DNA of 64,000 bases from an uncultured delta proteobacterium (GCA_963771465.1 CAVYTU010000015.1:1184001-1248000), one strand, 5' to 3'; shown: positions 1 to 11,846, numbered from the stretch's first letter. Notes: generated by a model not told the origin, from the sequence alone. Numbers and translations are program-made.

Positions 1-414
1 CGCGTCCACGATAACGATCTTGCCGCGCAGATCGGCGAGTGTTTTGATTTCAGGCTGGGCCACCAGCTCAGTCGGTGTGTAATCGGTCGCGGCAACGAGT
101 ATCACATCGACACCGGCGTTTTCTACCATCGCGATGGCGTTGTCGATACCATAATCGGCTAGATCCAATTCACCGGACGCAAGCCACTTGCGCACTTCAT
201 CCGAACCACCCGACGCCGAACGCGGAATCTGAATCTGCAAACCATACTTCGCGAAAAGCCCGTTCGCTTGCGCGATCGAAGTCGTAAAACTTCCGCCGCC
301 GAGTTTTATAGTTTTGAGATTAGCTTCTTGCCCGAACGCGATAGCGCGACCGAAAATCCCCACCGTCATGACCACAATCGCAATCATTAGATACGTTATC
401 AGTTTCAATTTCAT
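1..414 (-). CDS. ABC substrate-binding protein, NMT1/SsuA-like (runs off the window; apparent frameshifts)
   Basis: Manual translation: signal-like N-terminus MKLKLITYLMIAIVVM, then AQANGLFAKYGL and ELDLADYGIDNAI...ELVAQPEIKTLADLRGKIVIVDA in different frames; GGAG RBS before the start at 414. Confidence 0.7.
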   Translation of the reverse strand, partial: MKLKLITYLMIAIVVMTVGIFGRAIAFGQEANLKTIKLGGGSFTTSIAQANGLFAKYGLQIQIPRSASGGSDEVRKWLASGELDLADYGIDNAIAMVENAGVDVILVAATDYTPTELVAQPEIKTLADLRGKIVIVDA

Positions 415-544
415 GGTTTTGACTCCCGTGGCACTGTGGGCGCTGAAAAATTCGAACGAGGACCTCATCTTAAACAAACCCTCCGTGCGCTATTTCCCTA
501 TGAGAATATGGCTTCACAGTAAAGCGGATGCGCTTATTTTTTCG

Positions 545-1903
545 CTACTCAGGGAAAAAGCGCGGTAGCACCGCAGCAGGCTCAGTTGTTGGCGCAATCC
601 TGGAGCCAATCGGCAGAGGCTGTTCGCGCAGCATATGGGCGATGAGCACCTCGCGGACACGCTCGATGTCCAGTCCAGCCATAGCCGGTTGTCCGGCAAC
701 TTCCGCGAGCACCTTATCGACGTCTTGCATCATCTTCCACTGCTTAAAGAGATCGTCACGCTGTATGTCCATGGCTTCTCCGACGAGTTCAAGGAAGTTG
801 ACGATCTTGAACGGATACGTCGATTCATGAGCGCATAGCTCGCGATGGCACGCGTGGTAAATGCCGACAAGGCAGTCGACGCCGGCGGCCTCGGCTGCGG
901 CGAGCTCTCGGGCATGAAGCTCGCGCTTGTAATCGGCTATAGGCGCGAGCGAGTTGCACATGTAGCCAACTCGCGGCTGTTCGAGATCGACAAGCTCGAT
1001 CCCCGGGATCGCCGTGAGAATCTTGACGGCACCTTCGGTCACGCCGGCTACGCCCGGATGCTCGTGCAGCGCAACGCGCTTGTTGACAGGACGAATGAAT
1101 TGCGAGCGCAAACGATCAATCCGCGCGGCGATGTAAGGGACGACATGCCCCAAGGCAAAGCCAGCTTCCGTGCTCGGCACGACGATTTCGCTGAGTTGGA
1201 TATTACATGTCGGGCACCAGGTGAGGACCTGCGCGGCGCCGGTGCCGGCAAAACCGGCCACCGTGTTGCCGCCGATGCGTCCCGACGCCTTAGTATCGCC
1301 GGCGCGGTATTGAATGACACCGCAACAGTTGGCCGGACCGCCGAAGACTTTGTAGCGTGTCCCGAGCCGATCCAAGACCTCCAGGCAGAGGAGCGCGATG
1401 TGCGGCGTCTTGAGGACATTGCAGCCAAGATACATCACGACCTCGGGCGGAGGCCCGCTGTCGGCGCGGGCTGACCGGATCATGCCAGCAAGTAAATCGG
1501 CGGGGAGCTGTAGACGTGACAGCACCTTCACTCCTTCGGACATTTTTTGGAATCCCGCTTGCCCGGTGGCGTGGCGCTCGCTCGCCGCGCGCCGCTCATT
1601 GATCCTCAAGCGGGTGGCGGCCAACATGAAGCGTGGATTGACGCCGTCGTCGCAGGCAGAGATACAGCGGCCCGAGCCGGTGCAGGTGCTCGCCCAGCGG
1701 GCGCCGCGGCTCGACGGGTCCCCGCCGCCGCGGAGAATATCCAGCACATCGCCAACAATTGCAGTGGGCTCGCGGGTGTCGATACCCGCGGGACCGGCGG
1801 TCGGACAGACCTCGACGCATTTGCCGCAGCGGGTGCAGCGGTCGATAATCTCGCCTATCCTAGCATCAAGTGAGGCGGCAAAGGCATCAGCGTGATCGGT
1901 CAT
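545..1903 (-). CDS. (Fe-S)-binding oxidoreductase subunit with 4Fe-4S dicluster and CCG domains (GlcF/HdrD-like)
   Basis: CTRCGKCVEVCP, CTGSGRCISAC, YLGC, NCCG, WCPTC, YHACH motifs. Confidence 0.85.
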   Translation of the reverse strand: MTDHADAFAASLDARIGEIIDRCTRCGKCVEVCPTAGPAGIDTREPTAIVGDVLDILRGGGDPSSRGARWASTCTGSGRCISACDDGVNPRFMLAATRLRINERRAASERHATGQAGFQKMSEGVKVLSRLQLPADLLAGMIRSARADSGPPPEVVMYLGCNVLKTPHIALLCLEVLDRLGTRYKVFGGPANCCGVIQYRAGDTKASGRIGGNTVAGFAGTGAAQVLTWCPTCNIQLSEIVVPSTEAGFALGHVVPYIAARIDRLRSQFIRPVNKRVALHEHPGVAGVTEGAVKILTAIPGIELVDLEQPRVGYMCNSLAPIADYKRELHARELAAAEAAGVDCLVGIYHACHRELCAHESTYPFKIVNFLELVGEAMDIQRDDLFKQWKMMQDVDKVLAEVAGQPAMAGLDIERVREVLIAHMLREQPLPIGSRIAPTTEPAAVLPRFFPE

Positions 1904-1945
1904 GGATTCTCCAAATGAATCATGGCAATTTTTTTTACCGCGCTG

Positions 1946-3073
1946 CTATTTGTTCAGTTTGCCAAAAATCTCGTTAAACAACTTATCAGCGGGCCGGCGG
2001 TCAGCAGTATTGTCGTCGTCGGAATCAAAGTAATCGACGTTATCCTTTCTCTGCATTTCTTCCGGCACATCGTTCTTGGGAATATCGATGCGCAGCGAAT
2101 TCGAACCGGTGCGCGGCCGTCCCTTGCGCCCCTTCTGAACTTGCGCTTGTCCGTCGCGCGATAAGAGCCAATTAACGAAAACCTTCGCTGCGTTGGGATG
2201 CGGCGCGTTTTGCAGCAAGCTCAACGTCCCGCCCGACGAACTCAATGTGCCACCTTCTTTCAAACTAAGAATCTGACTGACGGGCAGACCCTGATCCATC
2301 GCCTTGTCCATCTCATTCGACACGCACGGAATGCACAGCGAAAACTTTCCCGCCGCCAGCCAATCGACCGGCTGGCGGTAATCGCGCGCGATCGAAACAT
2401 CCATCTCGCCGTAGAGTTTTCGAATAAACTCAGTTCCTAGCTTGGCGTGGTAGTAGAAAAATAGCACCGGATTGTCCATGCCGCGCATGCGCGGATCGGT
2501 AGCGACGATCTTGCCTTTCCATTTGGGCTGAATCAGATCCCAGTAAGAGCTAAACTCGCCCGGGTTGACCAGTTTGGCATTGTAATTGATCTCCACTCCG
2601 CCGGCGTTACCGATGTAGGCAAAGACATATTTATTTTCCGGATCGACGTACTTGTGCGCACCACGCCACCACTTCGTTTCATCCAAGACGTCCGGAAGCA
2701 AAAGAATCGGCTTGATCGGATCGAGAATTTTGCCGACGTAAAGCGTCGCATATGCCGTGCCTTTGCCGCCGGCGAAAAGATCGGCGATATATTTCCCGGC
2801 GCGTCGCTCCGCGACCAGCCGCGGCCCAAGATCGTTGCCACGGCCGCGCAGTTGGCTGACTTTGATCTTCGGGTACGCGCGCTCAAAAGCGTAAACCGCC
2901 TCCTCTGTCAGCGGCCCGGCATCGAAGATATAAATACTGACGACGCCTTCTTTCTCCGCCGCCGCAACGGTCTTGTCCCACTCGGCACGCCACGCAGGTT
3001 TAGATTCCGCGGCGAAACCAAAGGTGGCGTTGAGTAATAGTGATGAGATAAGCAACAATAATGTCGACTTCAT
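1946..3073 (-). CDS. Extracellular solute-binding protein (Fe3+/AfuA-like family)
   Basis: Signal peptide MKSTLLLLISS; AAAEKEG; YWDLIQPKWKGK; APHPNAAKVFVNWLLS. Confidence 0.85.
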   Translation of the reverse strand: MKSTLLLLISSLLLNATFGFAAESKPAWRAEWDKTVAAAEKEGVVSIYIFDAGPLTEEAVYAFERAYPKIKVSQLRGRGNDLGPRLVAERRAGKYIADLFAGGKGTAYATLYVGKILDPIKPILLLPDVLDETKWWRGAHKYVDPENKYVFAYIGNAGGVEINYNAKLVNPGEFSSYWDLIQPKWKGKIVATDPRMRGMDNPVLFFYYHAKLGTEFIRKLYGEMDVSIARDYRQPVDWLAAGKFSLCIPCVSNEMDKAMDQGLPVSQILSLKEGGTLSSSGGTLSLLQNAPHPNAAKVFVNWLLSRDGQAQVQKGRKGRPRTGSNSLRIDIPKNDVPEEMQRKDNVDYFDSDDDNTADRRPADKLFNEIFGKLNK

Positions 3074-3290
3074 GAGTCTCCCGCACGGGAATGGCAGTTC
3101 GAAAAGAAGCTTCCACTGCTCTGCTACATTCCGATTGGTTCTGACAGGCACACTATTAGACAACGCTTTGCTAAGTCAACGTTGTGCGCTGCTCGTACAA
3201 GTGACAATGCGACCCGTGCGCGTTGGCCACGAGAATTGGATAGCTGGGGAATACAATCGACTGCGACAAGTCCGCCGGACTATTTATTAT

Positions 3291-4290
3291 TTATCTTACG
3301 GCGAAAGTGTCATTGTAGAGCTTGATGTAGCGATTGAAGTCGCTGTACATTTCCGGCGACCCAAATGCCGGCTTAATCCCTTCGACAAGGCGCGCAAGCT
3401 CTGGCGGAGTGTCGATGCGATCCGGAATGCGTTTTTGCGCTCGTAGGATTTCCTGGCCGGTCTTGGACAGTAAGAAATCGATAAAAAGTTTTCCCGCGTT
3501 CGGATTAGGCGCTTTGGCAGAAAGCGCTACCGGATGGAGATTGGCGTAAACCGGATCGAGCGCAACCCAGTCCACCGGAGCGCCGCGTTGTTTTAGCGTT
3601 TCAAAGTTCTGCGAGTAGGCAGTCAGAGCCAGCTTGAACTCTCCGGCCGCCACCAGTTCTGAGACCAACTCTCGCCCGTTGCGTAATTGTGGATTGTTTT
3701 TTGCCAGCTGGCGCATCAAGCTGAGGCCCTTCTCCTCTCCCAGGCCGCGAATCACGACGGCGAACCACTCGTAAGACTTCGCATCGAGCCCGATCTGTCC
3801 GAACCAAACACGCTTCAATAAATCCGCATAAGATTTCGGCACGTCTTCTTTAGCGACTAATTTGGTGTTGTATCCAGCGACCGCGTAGTTGGTGTAAATC
3901 GATGTCCACGTTCCGCGGGGATCCTTGTAACCTTCACGGTAAAATCGCGACTCGGGCGACTCGTAAACAGCCAGCATGCTCTTCTCACTAAGCAGGTGGG
4001 TATAAATCGCCGAATTCATGAAGACATCCCAAAGATGTCTCCCCGCCCGAGCTTCAGTAAAGATGCGCTCCACCAGCTGAGGACCACCGGTGCGGAAATA
4101 CTCGGCCGCGATCTTTGGGTAACGCCGGCGAAACTCGTCCACCAGCATCTTTGCGTCGGCCGACCCGATGGTCGTGTACCAGACCATCTTCTTTTCGGCT
4201 TCCGCCGCCTCCTTCCATTGTGATCCCCAGCGCGACCTGCGGAGCCAGAGAGATTCCGAGCAATAACCAGAGCCAAATTTTTGCTACCAT
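3291..4290 (-). CDS. Extracellular solute-binding protein (AfuA-like), frameshift near 4200
   Basis: Signal peptide in ORF 4054-4290 and body in ORF 3291-4187 (APNPNAGKLFIDFLLS). Confidence 0.8.
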
Positions 4291-4310
4291 GGACTCACCC
4301 TCGCGTTCAC

Positions 4311-5061
4311 CTATGGCATATTCTCAAGTAACAAACCTCGACCGTTGATGGGCTGCCTCACGTGCAAGCGTTTCTCGATCGCCCAAACCCTGGCGGCAAC
4401 AGCGCAGACCACCGGAATTTGTAAATCCTGTTCCAAAAGCGGAACCACATCGAGCATACGCCAGCCGGAACCAATCAGACAAATCCCATCGGCCGTCGGA
4501 TTTTGCAAATAGAGCTTCCGCGCGAAGTCGTATGCCTCAAAGGGCGACACGCTGCCAATCTCGGTAAATGCTACCGGGAAACCGGTTACCGCTAACACCT
4601 GAAACCCAGCGTCGGAAAAATAACTGGAGTATTTTGCCAATCGACCACCACTGTTGCCATCGTCATAGGAGCTGATCACTAGCAGTCGCTTGATTCCGAG
4701 CGCCTTGGTTGCTTCGACGAGAACCATTCCCGTCGTGACGATCGGCGTGGAATATTTCGCTTCCAATTCTTGGACGATCTCCTCCGAACGCTGATACCCT
4801 TTCTGAACGAAAAGGGGCGCGCCTTCCGGATGAATGATGTCCACGTTCATTTCCGCCAATTGGGCGATGATCTTCTCCGCGCCGGCAAAGGCGTCGACAA
4901 ATTCTTCCTCCAGTCCCTGCTTTGACGCCGACAAACATGGGAATGACGCCGATCCCCTCTGGAAGAAGTCGAATAAATTCTTCCAGTGAACCCGGGCGAT
5001 AAGTGGGTTTGATAACCCCGACAACACCGCGCCAACAGCCAGTAAAAGTTTTCTTGGCCAT
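4311..5061 (-). CDS. Maleate isomerase/arylmalonate decarboxylase (Asp/Glu racemase) superfamily protein, frameshift near 4915
   Basis: N-terminus WRGVVGVIKPT in ORF 4663-5061; C-terminus EATKALGIKRL...ADGICL...LEQDLQIPVV in ORF 4311-5027. Confidence 0.75.
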
Positions 5062-5218
5062 CTTAGATTTTCGCTTACTTAAGTTTTCGATTCATCAAGC
5101 CGCCGTCCTTTGAAATCGAGCGTTATACTGTTGCCCGCGTCTCCAAACAGCTCGTGGAAAAAATGGAACGAGCAGGGTCAAACCCCTGCTCGCTCAACAT
5201 CATCAAATCGCTAATAAG

Positions 5219-5791
5219 TCATTTAGTATCAACACCCAGTCCACCGCGAACACACCAGACGAAGTTCTCGGCGGTCTTAACCATGGCTTCCGGACCTCCG
5301 GCAAGGGGAAAGAAGTCGAAGTTCACTTCCCACGCTCTAGCGCTATCGCCGGCATCGGTAGTAGCCGACCAATAGAGCTCCGCCAGCACATCGCTAAAAG
5401 GATGGCCAACGGGTAAGTCTGGATCCCCGCCAGCATTACTAGGATCTATCAGACTCGCTAACTCATGGACTGTCGGTAGCCTCCAACCTTTACGATTACC
5501 CACAGCCTTGACGTTGCAAACGATTTGAGCATCAACCCAGTTTTTCGGTGTTGTTTTGTCTGGCGACTGCTCCCAGACAAGCCCGGTCTCTTTGTCTAAA
5601 ACACCTGCGCCACTCATCACCAGCACAAACCTCTCTGTGGCCGGCAATATCTGGCTCCAGGCGGGCGGAATCCGATTTATCGCATCCAGAACGTTTTGAA
5701 TGAGTAACCGAGGGAGCCACTGCCGCGAACACCGGCGAGGCAAATAGACAAAGGCAAATGCGGCGATCAGAATAGAATAAAGTTTCTTCAT
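5219..5791 (-). CDS. DUF1566 (Lcl C-terminal) domain secreted protein
   Basis: VLDKETGLVWEQ, GWRLPTVHELASL, YWSAT, VWCVRGG motifs; hydrophobic N-terminus. Confidence 0.85.
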   Translation of the reverse strand: MKKLYSILIAAFAFVYLPRRCSRQWLPRLLIQNVLDAINRIPPAWSQILPATERFVLVMSGAGVLDKETGLVWEQSPDKTTPKNWVDAQIVCNVKAVGNRKGWRLPTVHELASLIDPSNAGGDPDLPVGHPFSDVLAELYWSATTDAGDSARAWEVNFDFFPLAGGPEAMVKTAENFVWCVRGGLGVDTK

Positions 5792-6115
5792 GGTGGTGCT
5801 CCTTTTTTAAGTTTTAACTTGGTGATTGAGGGGCGCAAAAAGCTTGACCTGGCAAGGGGACACTGGCGGCCCCCGGGCGACGAGCGAGCGCTGCTGTAAC
5901 CAGATCAAAAATATTTTTGCGCGAGTACTCACCAATGTCCTCGCTGCCAACATGACAATCTTGCCGGTGTGGAATCTGCGCCGAGCGTGGCGTATGGCTT
6001 GCGCCACGCAGCGGCCTCCGTTACGGGCTTTTACTACGCCGACTCCTTAATAGTCGGGCAGCATTTCCGATTGCAACCGTCCGAAACGGCAGCAAGCTGC
6101 GGGGTATCAGACCTC

Positions 6116-6230
6116 CGCGATGAGATTTATCTCTACGGCGTCACCGCCGAATGCATTTATCGGGGGTCCAATCCCGAACCCGCCTGGATTCCCGCTTAAA
6201 ACATGCGGGAATGACGGACTTCAGATAGGT
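6116..6230. repeat. REP-like palindromic element, copy 1
   Basis: CTGGATTCCCGC-ttaaaacat-GCGGGAATGAC hairpin at 6184-6215; related copy at about 20228-20316. Confidence 0.65.
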
Positions 6231-6359
6231 GATTACTGTAAGCGGCGAGCTGCGGGAAATCGATCCACAGCGATTGATTCGGTCCGTGTGCGACCGGATC
6301 AGGAAGGGGGCGAGGACTCAATTACGCGGCCAACTCAGTTACATTGCACTTGCTTTCCT

Positions 6360-7373
6360 TTACTTCTCGTAGAGCCGTTTGATAAACCCGCTCGCCTCTA
6401 TCTCCCGGGCAATCTTGTACGAGACGAATTGTGCTGGATCGGCGTTCTTGGCCGCGGGAAGCGTGCTTGATATTTCCGCCAGAATTGTCCGGATGCCTTC
6501 GAGCGTCGGAACCGGCAATGGCAGATACTTGCTTGCGGAACTTGCGTAAGCATCCTCCAGCACCTCGCGGTCGTCGTTGCGGGTATATTTCTTCAACACC
6601 GTCAGCGCGACTTCTTTGTTGCGCTTGAAGTCATGGATCGCTTCGATATAGGCGAGCGTGAATTCTTTCACGAGCGCTTCGTTTTTCTGGAGATAAGACT
6701 TCGTCGTGCCGATGGCCGACGTCGGATAATGCAGCCCCAGATCGGCGAGATCTCCCAGTTCACGAAAGCCGGCTTTGCGTGCGACCAGCGACGAGGTGCC
6801 GCTCATCACCCCGGCGTCGAGCATTTTGGTCTGCATGGCGCGGACAATGTCTTGTGATGTGCCGATTTGCAAAATATTGACATCGCGGTCGGGATTAAGT
6901 CCCCATTTTTTCAGCGCCAGCCGGACGGCGAAATCCGAAGTCGCGCCGTAGCGGCTGACGCCCAATTTTTTGCCTTTGAGTTGCGCCGGGGTGGAAATAT
7001 CCGGCGCGCCGAAAACCTTGAAAACAAATCCGTTGATGAGAGCAGAAAGCAACACGGTGTCGGCCCCCTGCAATGCGGCTTGCACCAAGCCGGAACCTGA
7101 GAGCGACGCAATTTCCAAATCTTTGGCGATCAGCGCCCGCAACGACACCGATCCGGTGCCCATGCCGACGAGCACCACATCGAGACCGTGCTTCTCAAAT
7201 AATTTGGTTTCCTTGCCATACCATAATATCTGGGCGCCGCCGTCGGTCGAACCATAACCGGACATGACTTTGATGAGCGGTTTCGCCTGCGCCGTCAACT
7301 CAGCTGGAGCATGAGCACCAAGAAAAACTATGATAACTGCCGCTGTTAGTAGACCGCGGCCATTTGTCCACAT
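6360..7373 (-). CDS. ABC substrate-binding protein, NMT1/SsuA-like
   Basis: LFEKHGLDV, LKGKKLGVSRYG, LKKWGLNPDRDV; start at MWTNG. Confidence 0.85.
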   Translation of the reverse strand: MWTNGRGLLTAAVIIVFLGAHAPAELTAQAKPLIKVMSGYGSTDGGAQILWYGKETKLFEKHGLDVVLVGMGTGSVSLRALIAKDLEIASLSGSGLVQAALQGADTVLLSALINGFVFKVFGAPDISTPAQLKGKKLGVSRYGATSDFAVRLALKKWGLNPDRDVNILQIGTSQDIVRAMQTKMLDAGVMSGTSSLVARKAGFRELGDLADLGLHYPTSAIGTTKSYLQKNEALVKEFTLAYIEAIHDFKRNKEVALTVLKKYTRNDDREVLEDAYASSASKYLPLPVPTLEGIRTILAEISSTLPAAKNADPAQFVSYKIAREIEASGFIKRLYEK

Positions 7374-7477
7374 GATCAAACCTCCATCACGACAGCAGCC
7401 CAGCCGGCGACAAAATAATTTGTCGGCGTCAAAACCACTCTCGTCGGGCCCGGAAAAATTGCAATAACATTGGTTGG

Positions 7478-8293
7478 TTAATGCCCGCGGATGAACTCCA
7501 ACACATTGCGGTTGAAAACTTCGGGCTGTTCCCAGTTGATCGAGTGAGATGCCTCGGGCACGACTATGAATTTCGCGCCGGGGATATGGGCGAGCTGGCG
7601 GCGCATGACCCAGGGCGGACACTGCAGGTCTTGATCTCCGGGCATCAGTAGTGTCGGCACGCGAATCGTTGCGAGCTTCTCGAACGTGATCGTCGTGCGC
7701 TGGGCTTGCGCCGGCACGCCTTTATGTTGCGAGTTGTGATGAATTTCTAGCCAGCGCTTGAGGCCGTCGGGATTGGTCGCCATGTAACCCATGCTCACTT
7801 CGCGAAACTCCGGCGGCCAGTTAGAAAAATTCGGCAGCACTGTCTTCGCGCGAAGCTCACGCAACTCTTCGTCGACGATGGCGCCGCCGCTGGCGGCGAC
7901 GACTAGGCTGCGCAGCCGCTCGGGATGCCAGAGAGCGTAGTCATAGGCGGCGAAGCCACCGCCCGCCACGCCGACGAGATGGAATCGGTCGAGTTTCAGG
8001 TATTCAATCAGGTCGTTCAGATCATCGGCGATGGTGCCGGGCTGTTTACCCGTCTCTGGATTCGCCCGACTGCGGCCCCACCCGCGCCGATCAAAAGTGA
8101 TGACCCGATAGCCCGCCTCGACGAAACCCGGAATATTATATTGCCAGCTGTCGGCATTGCCGGTGTTGGCATGCAGCAACACCAGTGGCACGCCTACACC
8201 ACAACTGTCCGTGTACCACAGTCGCACGCCCGGCAGGTCGGCGTATCCTGCGAAACTCAGGTTAGAAGTTTGTGTAGTGGCTTCCACAATCAA
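7478..8293 (-). CDS. Alpha/beta hydrolase fold protein
   Basis: LVLLHA, DRRGWGRS, HLVGVAGGG, GDQD, ASHSINWE. Confidence 0.85.
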   Translation of the reverse strand: MIVEATTQTSNLSFAGYADLPGVRLWYTDSCGVGVPLVLLHANTGNADSWQYNIPGFVEAGYRVITFDRRGWGRSRANPETGKQPGTIADDLNDLIEYLKLDRFHLVGVAGGGFAAYDYALWHPERLRSLVVAASGGAIVDEELRELRAKTVLPNFSNWPPEFREVSMGYMATNPDGLKRWLEIHHNSQHKGVPAQAQRTTITFEKLATIRVPTLLMPGDQDLQCPPWVMRRQLAHIPGAKFIVVPEASHSINWEQPEVFNRNVLEFIRGH

Positions 8294-8380
8294 AAACCTC
8301 CCTCCTTTTTCAATCCTCGCGTCCCGTGGTCAATCCCATTTAGTTCAATCGTTATAACTCGGCACAGCGATCCATTTTTT

Positions 8381-10400
8381 CTACTCGTCTTTCCCCGCCG
8401 TCACCAGCGGCTCGATGGTTACCGTGGAATCGAGCGGATTTTTTCGCCGCGCCGCTTCGACATAGCACTCGCCGTCTTGCGGCAGCAGGAAACCTTCCTT
8501 GACCAATTCATCGACAGCGCGTTTCACAATGTCGACGTACGCTTGATGGTTGGGATAGCGTTCTTCGATGGACAAGCGCGGATCGCCGATCTTTTCGCGC
8601 TCCGCTTTGGTGCGCGCGAAGGCTTTGATGCAACCATTGGTCATCATCAGCTCGCCTTCGGCGAAACCGGCTTTGCGTAGCGCCCAACCGATATAGGTTG
8701 CGATCGGCGCCTGCATGTCCGGATAGCGCACGCCGCCCAAGATCATTGCCGTCGGCGTCGACCTGCGGCACTTGGATCGGATATTCTTTTCCCGGCACTG
8801 CCTCAGGTGGAAAGATGCTCATGATGCCGCGCTCGTCGAAGTCGGGACCGTAGTTCCATAGCGGCAACCGGCTCGGCGTCGCGGGCAGATTGACGCCGGG
8901 GATTTTAGGGAAGTTCTTGAGCGCTTCCTCGGGGGACACCAATTGTCCATCGGCGCGTCGCGGCACACGGCTCGGCGGCGGCGCCACGCCTTCACTCGCC
9001 CAACGATCCATCAACACGAAGCAGGCGCGCAAGAACGGTTGCGGCGAAAAATTACTCGGTGGCAACTGGCCGGCCCAGCGCGGGTTGTCGGCGGCGATCG
9101 CCGCATGCGGCGAGCCTGCCAACATATACATGCGCACGTTGGCGGGAATCTCGACGTCGCTGCCGTCGCGCGGGTCGGTGTGGGTCATCGAACCATGTCG
9201 CTCCCAGTACTCGCTCGAAGTATGGCAGTGGACGATCAACGGATCGCTGTCGGGCCGCTTGAGCACGCTGTCGACTCTGCCGGTGAAGGGATCGGGCACG
9301 GGAGAAAAATTAAATGGATAGCGCTCCGACGGATAGGAGTGTTCCTCATGCTGGCGCGGATAGCGGCCGATCTGCGCGAAGCGCATGTTGAAATATAAAC
9401 GGCCGATGCCGGTATGAGTTTGCACCGCGTCGAAAATTTTGCGCCCTTCGGCGTCGCGGTTCCAACCCTCGTAGACGTACTCGCGCACCACGCGGCCGGC
9501 GAGCGATGCGCCGTAGCCGTAGGTTTTGTCGACGGAGCCGGCCAGCGGATTGGCGACGCCCCCCGAATCCGCTTTGCCGTAGCGCAAAAGCGAAACCAAA
9601 TCGCGCAAGCCGAGAAAGCCGAGTCCCATCACGCGCGAGCCTTCGGTCTCGTAAATCAGTTCGTAAATCCAACCGGTCTTGAAACCGCCTTTGACGTAGA
9701 GATCGACGTTGGAAGGCGTGAGCTCGACTTTGCCGTCTTTTTCCTTCGCCTTGGCCAAATCCCACTCGCTCGCCGGCACGGCAACTCTCGGGTCGGCTTC
9801 TTTCTCGCGCATGGTCAACGTCGCCGTGGCGCGGTTGAGCACTGGATAACATTGAATGTTGGCGTTGCCGCTTACGAGCATCGACAGCACGCCCTTTTTG
9901 TCGGAAATAAACTCCTGGCGAACTTTACCGCGCAGCGGGTGGCCGTTTTGGCGCGCCTCCGGCAAAAAAGCGACGACGTTGTTGCCGTTGTAGACCAAAT
10001 CGCCCTGCCAGCCGGCGGTGACCACTGTGTAGCCTTGCAGATTGAGAAAACCGTTGCCCGCATACGATTCTTTCGACAGATCCGGTCCGCCGCCGTCGTT
10101 TAAGCGGGTGAACGCGCCGCGCCCGCCGCGATTGGAAAAATCGAATAGCAGTTTGCGATTGCCGCGGCTCATATCGACCGGCTTGACGATGTCGAGCACG
10201 GTTTTGAACTCAACTAGCCCCTCCGGATTGCGCGGCGCGAATTCTAGATCGCAGATGAAGGGCAAGTCTTTTTCGTTGGGATCGATGGCAAGGGACGCCG
10301 TCCCCAATAGGCGCTCGTAAGAACCAACCTTGCCGAAGGACTTGCCACCGGCGAATGAGGTTTTGCTGACGAACTCGATATGAATCTGATTGCGTGACAT
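8381..10400 (-). CDS. Large alpha/beta hydrolase domain protein, frameshift near 8746
   Basis: FGKVGSYE, SNRGG, GWQGD, YGASLAGR, SSEYW, VPQVDADGN; C-terminus LGGVR...DPRLSIEERY in ORF 8381-8746. Confidence 0.8.
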
Positions 10401-10590
10401 AGCTATTCTCCTTCTTCGTAAGGGCAAATGAGCGGCATAAAATTATTCGTAATCGTTAGCGCTCCTTACTAGCGGACGCTAACAAAGTAGTTTGGCACGG
10501 TCAACGACACCTTCGTGACATTTTCAGTTTGACAGCAAGCGTGCCGATTGAATATCGTCGGCGGTAAATCTTCCCAGCTCGTTAGGAGGA

Positions 10591-11790
10591 GTGATTATGA
10601 GCACCAACGGCAATAATTTGGATCCCGAAAAACAACCCGCGCTAACCCGCCTCGATATGTACCAAGAGTGGCGCAAGCACGAGGGCGCGCCGCTGGTCGG
10701 CGGCGTTTACATCAAAGACATGAAAGCGGTCGATGTCGGCCCGTGGCCGCGCAAAGGCGACGGCGTTAAGGGCGCGCTCAGTTATCTCGACGGCGACGAT
10801 GAAGCCGACGAACATGTCGTCGAATTGCCGCCGGGCGGTGCCACTGCGCCGCTGCGCCATCTTTATACCGAGGCGATCTACGTCGTCAGCGGCCACGGCT
10901 CGACTTCGGTGTGGCGCGGTGAGAACGGCGCGAAGCAAACCTTCGAGTGGGGCCCGGGCAGTTACTTTGTCTTGCCGACCAACGCGTCGCATCAGTTTTT
11001 CAATGCCAGCCTGTCGCGCCCGGCGCGCTGGTTTTCGGTCACCGATTTGCCGCAGCTGATGCGCCAGTGGGCCAGCGAAGATTTTATTTTCAACAATCCC
11101 TACGACTTCATCGATCGCTACGCCGGCGGCGCCGACTATTTCACCGCCGAGGCGAAGCTCTACAAGGGACGCGTGTGGGAGACCAACTTCATTCCCGACA
11201 TCAAAAAGCTGCCGCTCTACGAATGGAAGAGCCGCGGCGGCGGCGGCAAGAACGCGTTCATGGTGATGGGCGCCGGCATGATGGAGTCGCACGTTTCCAG
11301 CTTCCCGTCGGGCCACTATAAAAAAGGACACCGTCACGGTCCCGACGCACATCTCTACATCACCGAAGGCGAAGGCTATGTTTTGACCCAACGCGGCAAC
11401 GAGCCACGGGTGCGCTGCGACTGGCAGGAAGGCAGCCTTTATCTATCAGGCGCCGGCGCGGGCATCTGGCTGCATCAACATTTTAACGTCGGCTCCACAC
11501 CGGCGACGTACCTGGTGATGAATCAGGGCATCTCGCGCAAACACGCGTCCAATCGCTGGCAAGCGAGCGAATCCACGGTGCTGCGCGGCGGCGAGATCAG
11601 CGGCAAGGAGGGCGGACGCCAAGTCGAGTATGAGGACGAAGCGCGGGACATTCATGAAATATTTGAAGCCGAGCTAAAAAAGCACGGCATTACCTGCAAG
11701 ATGAAAAAGATGGTGCCTTGGTGCACCGGCGAAGCCGGCGCCGAAAGCGCCAAAGCCCACTATCTCGATGAGCACGGCGAGGTCGCGTAA
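10591..11790 (+). CDS. Double-cupin protein (gentisate-dioxygenase-like fold; type often found with EutA)
   Basis: Two cupin motifs RHLYTEAIYV...HQFFN and GHRHGPDAHLY...HQHFN; AGGAGGAG RBS. Confidence 0.8.
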   Translation: MIMSTNGNNLDPEKQPALTRLDMYQEWRKHEGAPLVGGVYIKDMKAVDVGPWPRKGDGVKGALSYLDGDDEADEHVVELPPGGATAPLRHLYTEAIYVVSGHGSTSVWRGENGAKQTFEWGPGSYFVLPTNASHQFFNASLSRPARWFSVTDLPQLMRQWASEDFIFNNPYDFIDRYAGGADYFTAEAKLYKGRVWETNFIPDIKKLPLYEWKSRGGGGKNAFMVMGAGMMESHVSSFPSGHYKKGHRHGPDAHLYITEGEGYVLTQRGNEPRVRCDWQEGSLYLSGAGAGIWLHQHFNVGSTPATYLVMNQGISRKHASNRWQASESTVLRGGEISGKEGGRQVEYEDEARDIHEIFEAELKKHGITCKMKKMVPWCTGEAGAESAKAHYLDEHGEVA

Positions 11791-11846
11791 TTGGCGGCGA
11801 TTGTCCTTTATTTGGCACAGCGCCGGTAAAAGATAAATCGGTTCTC

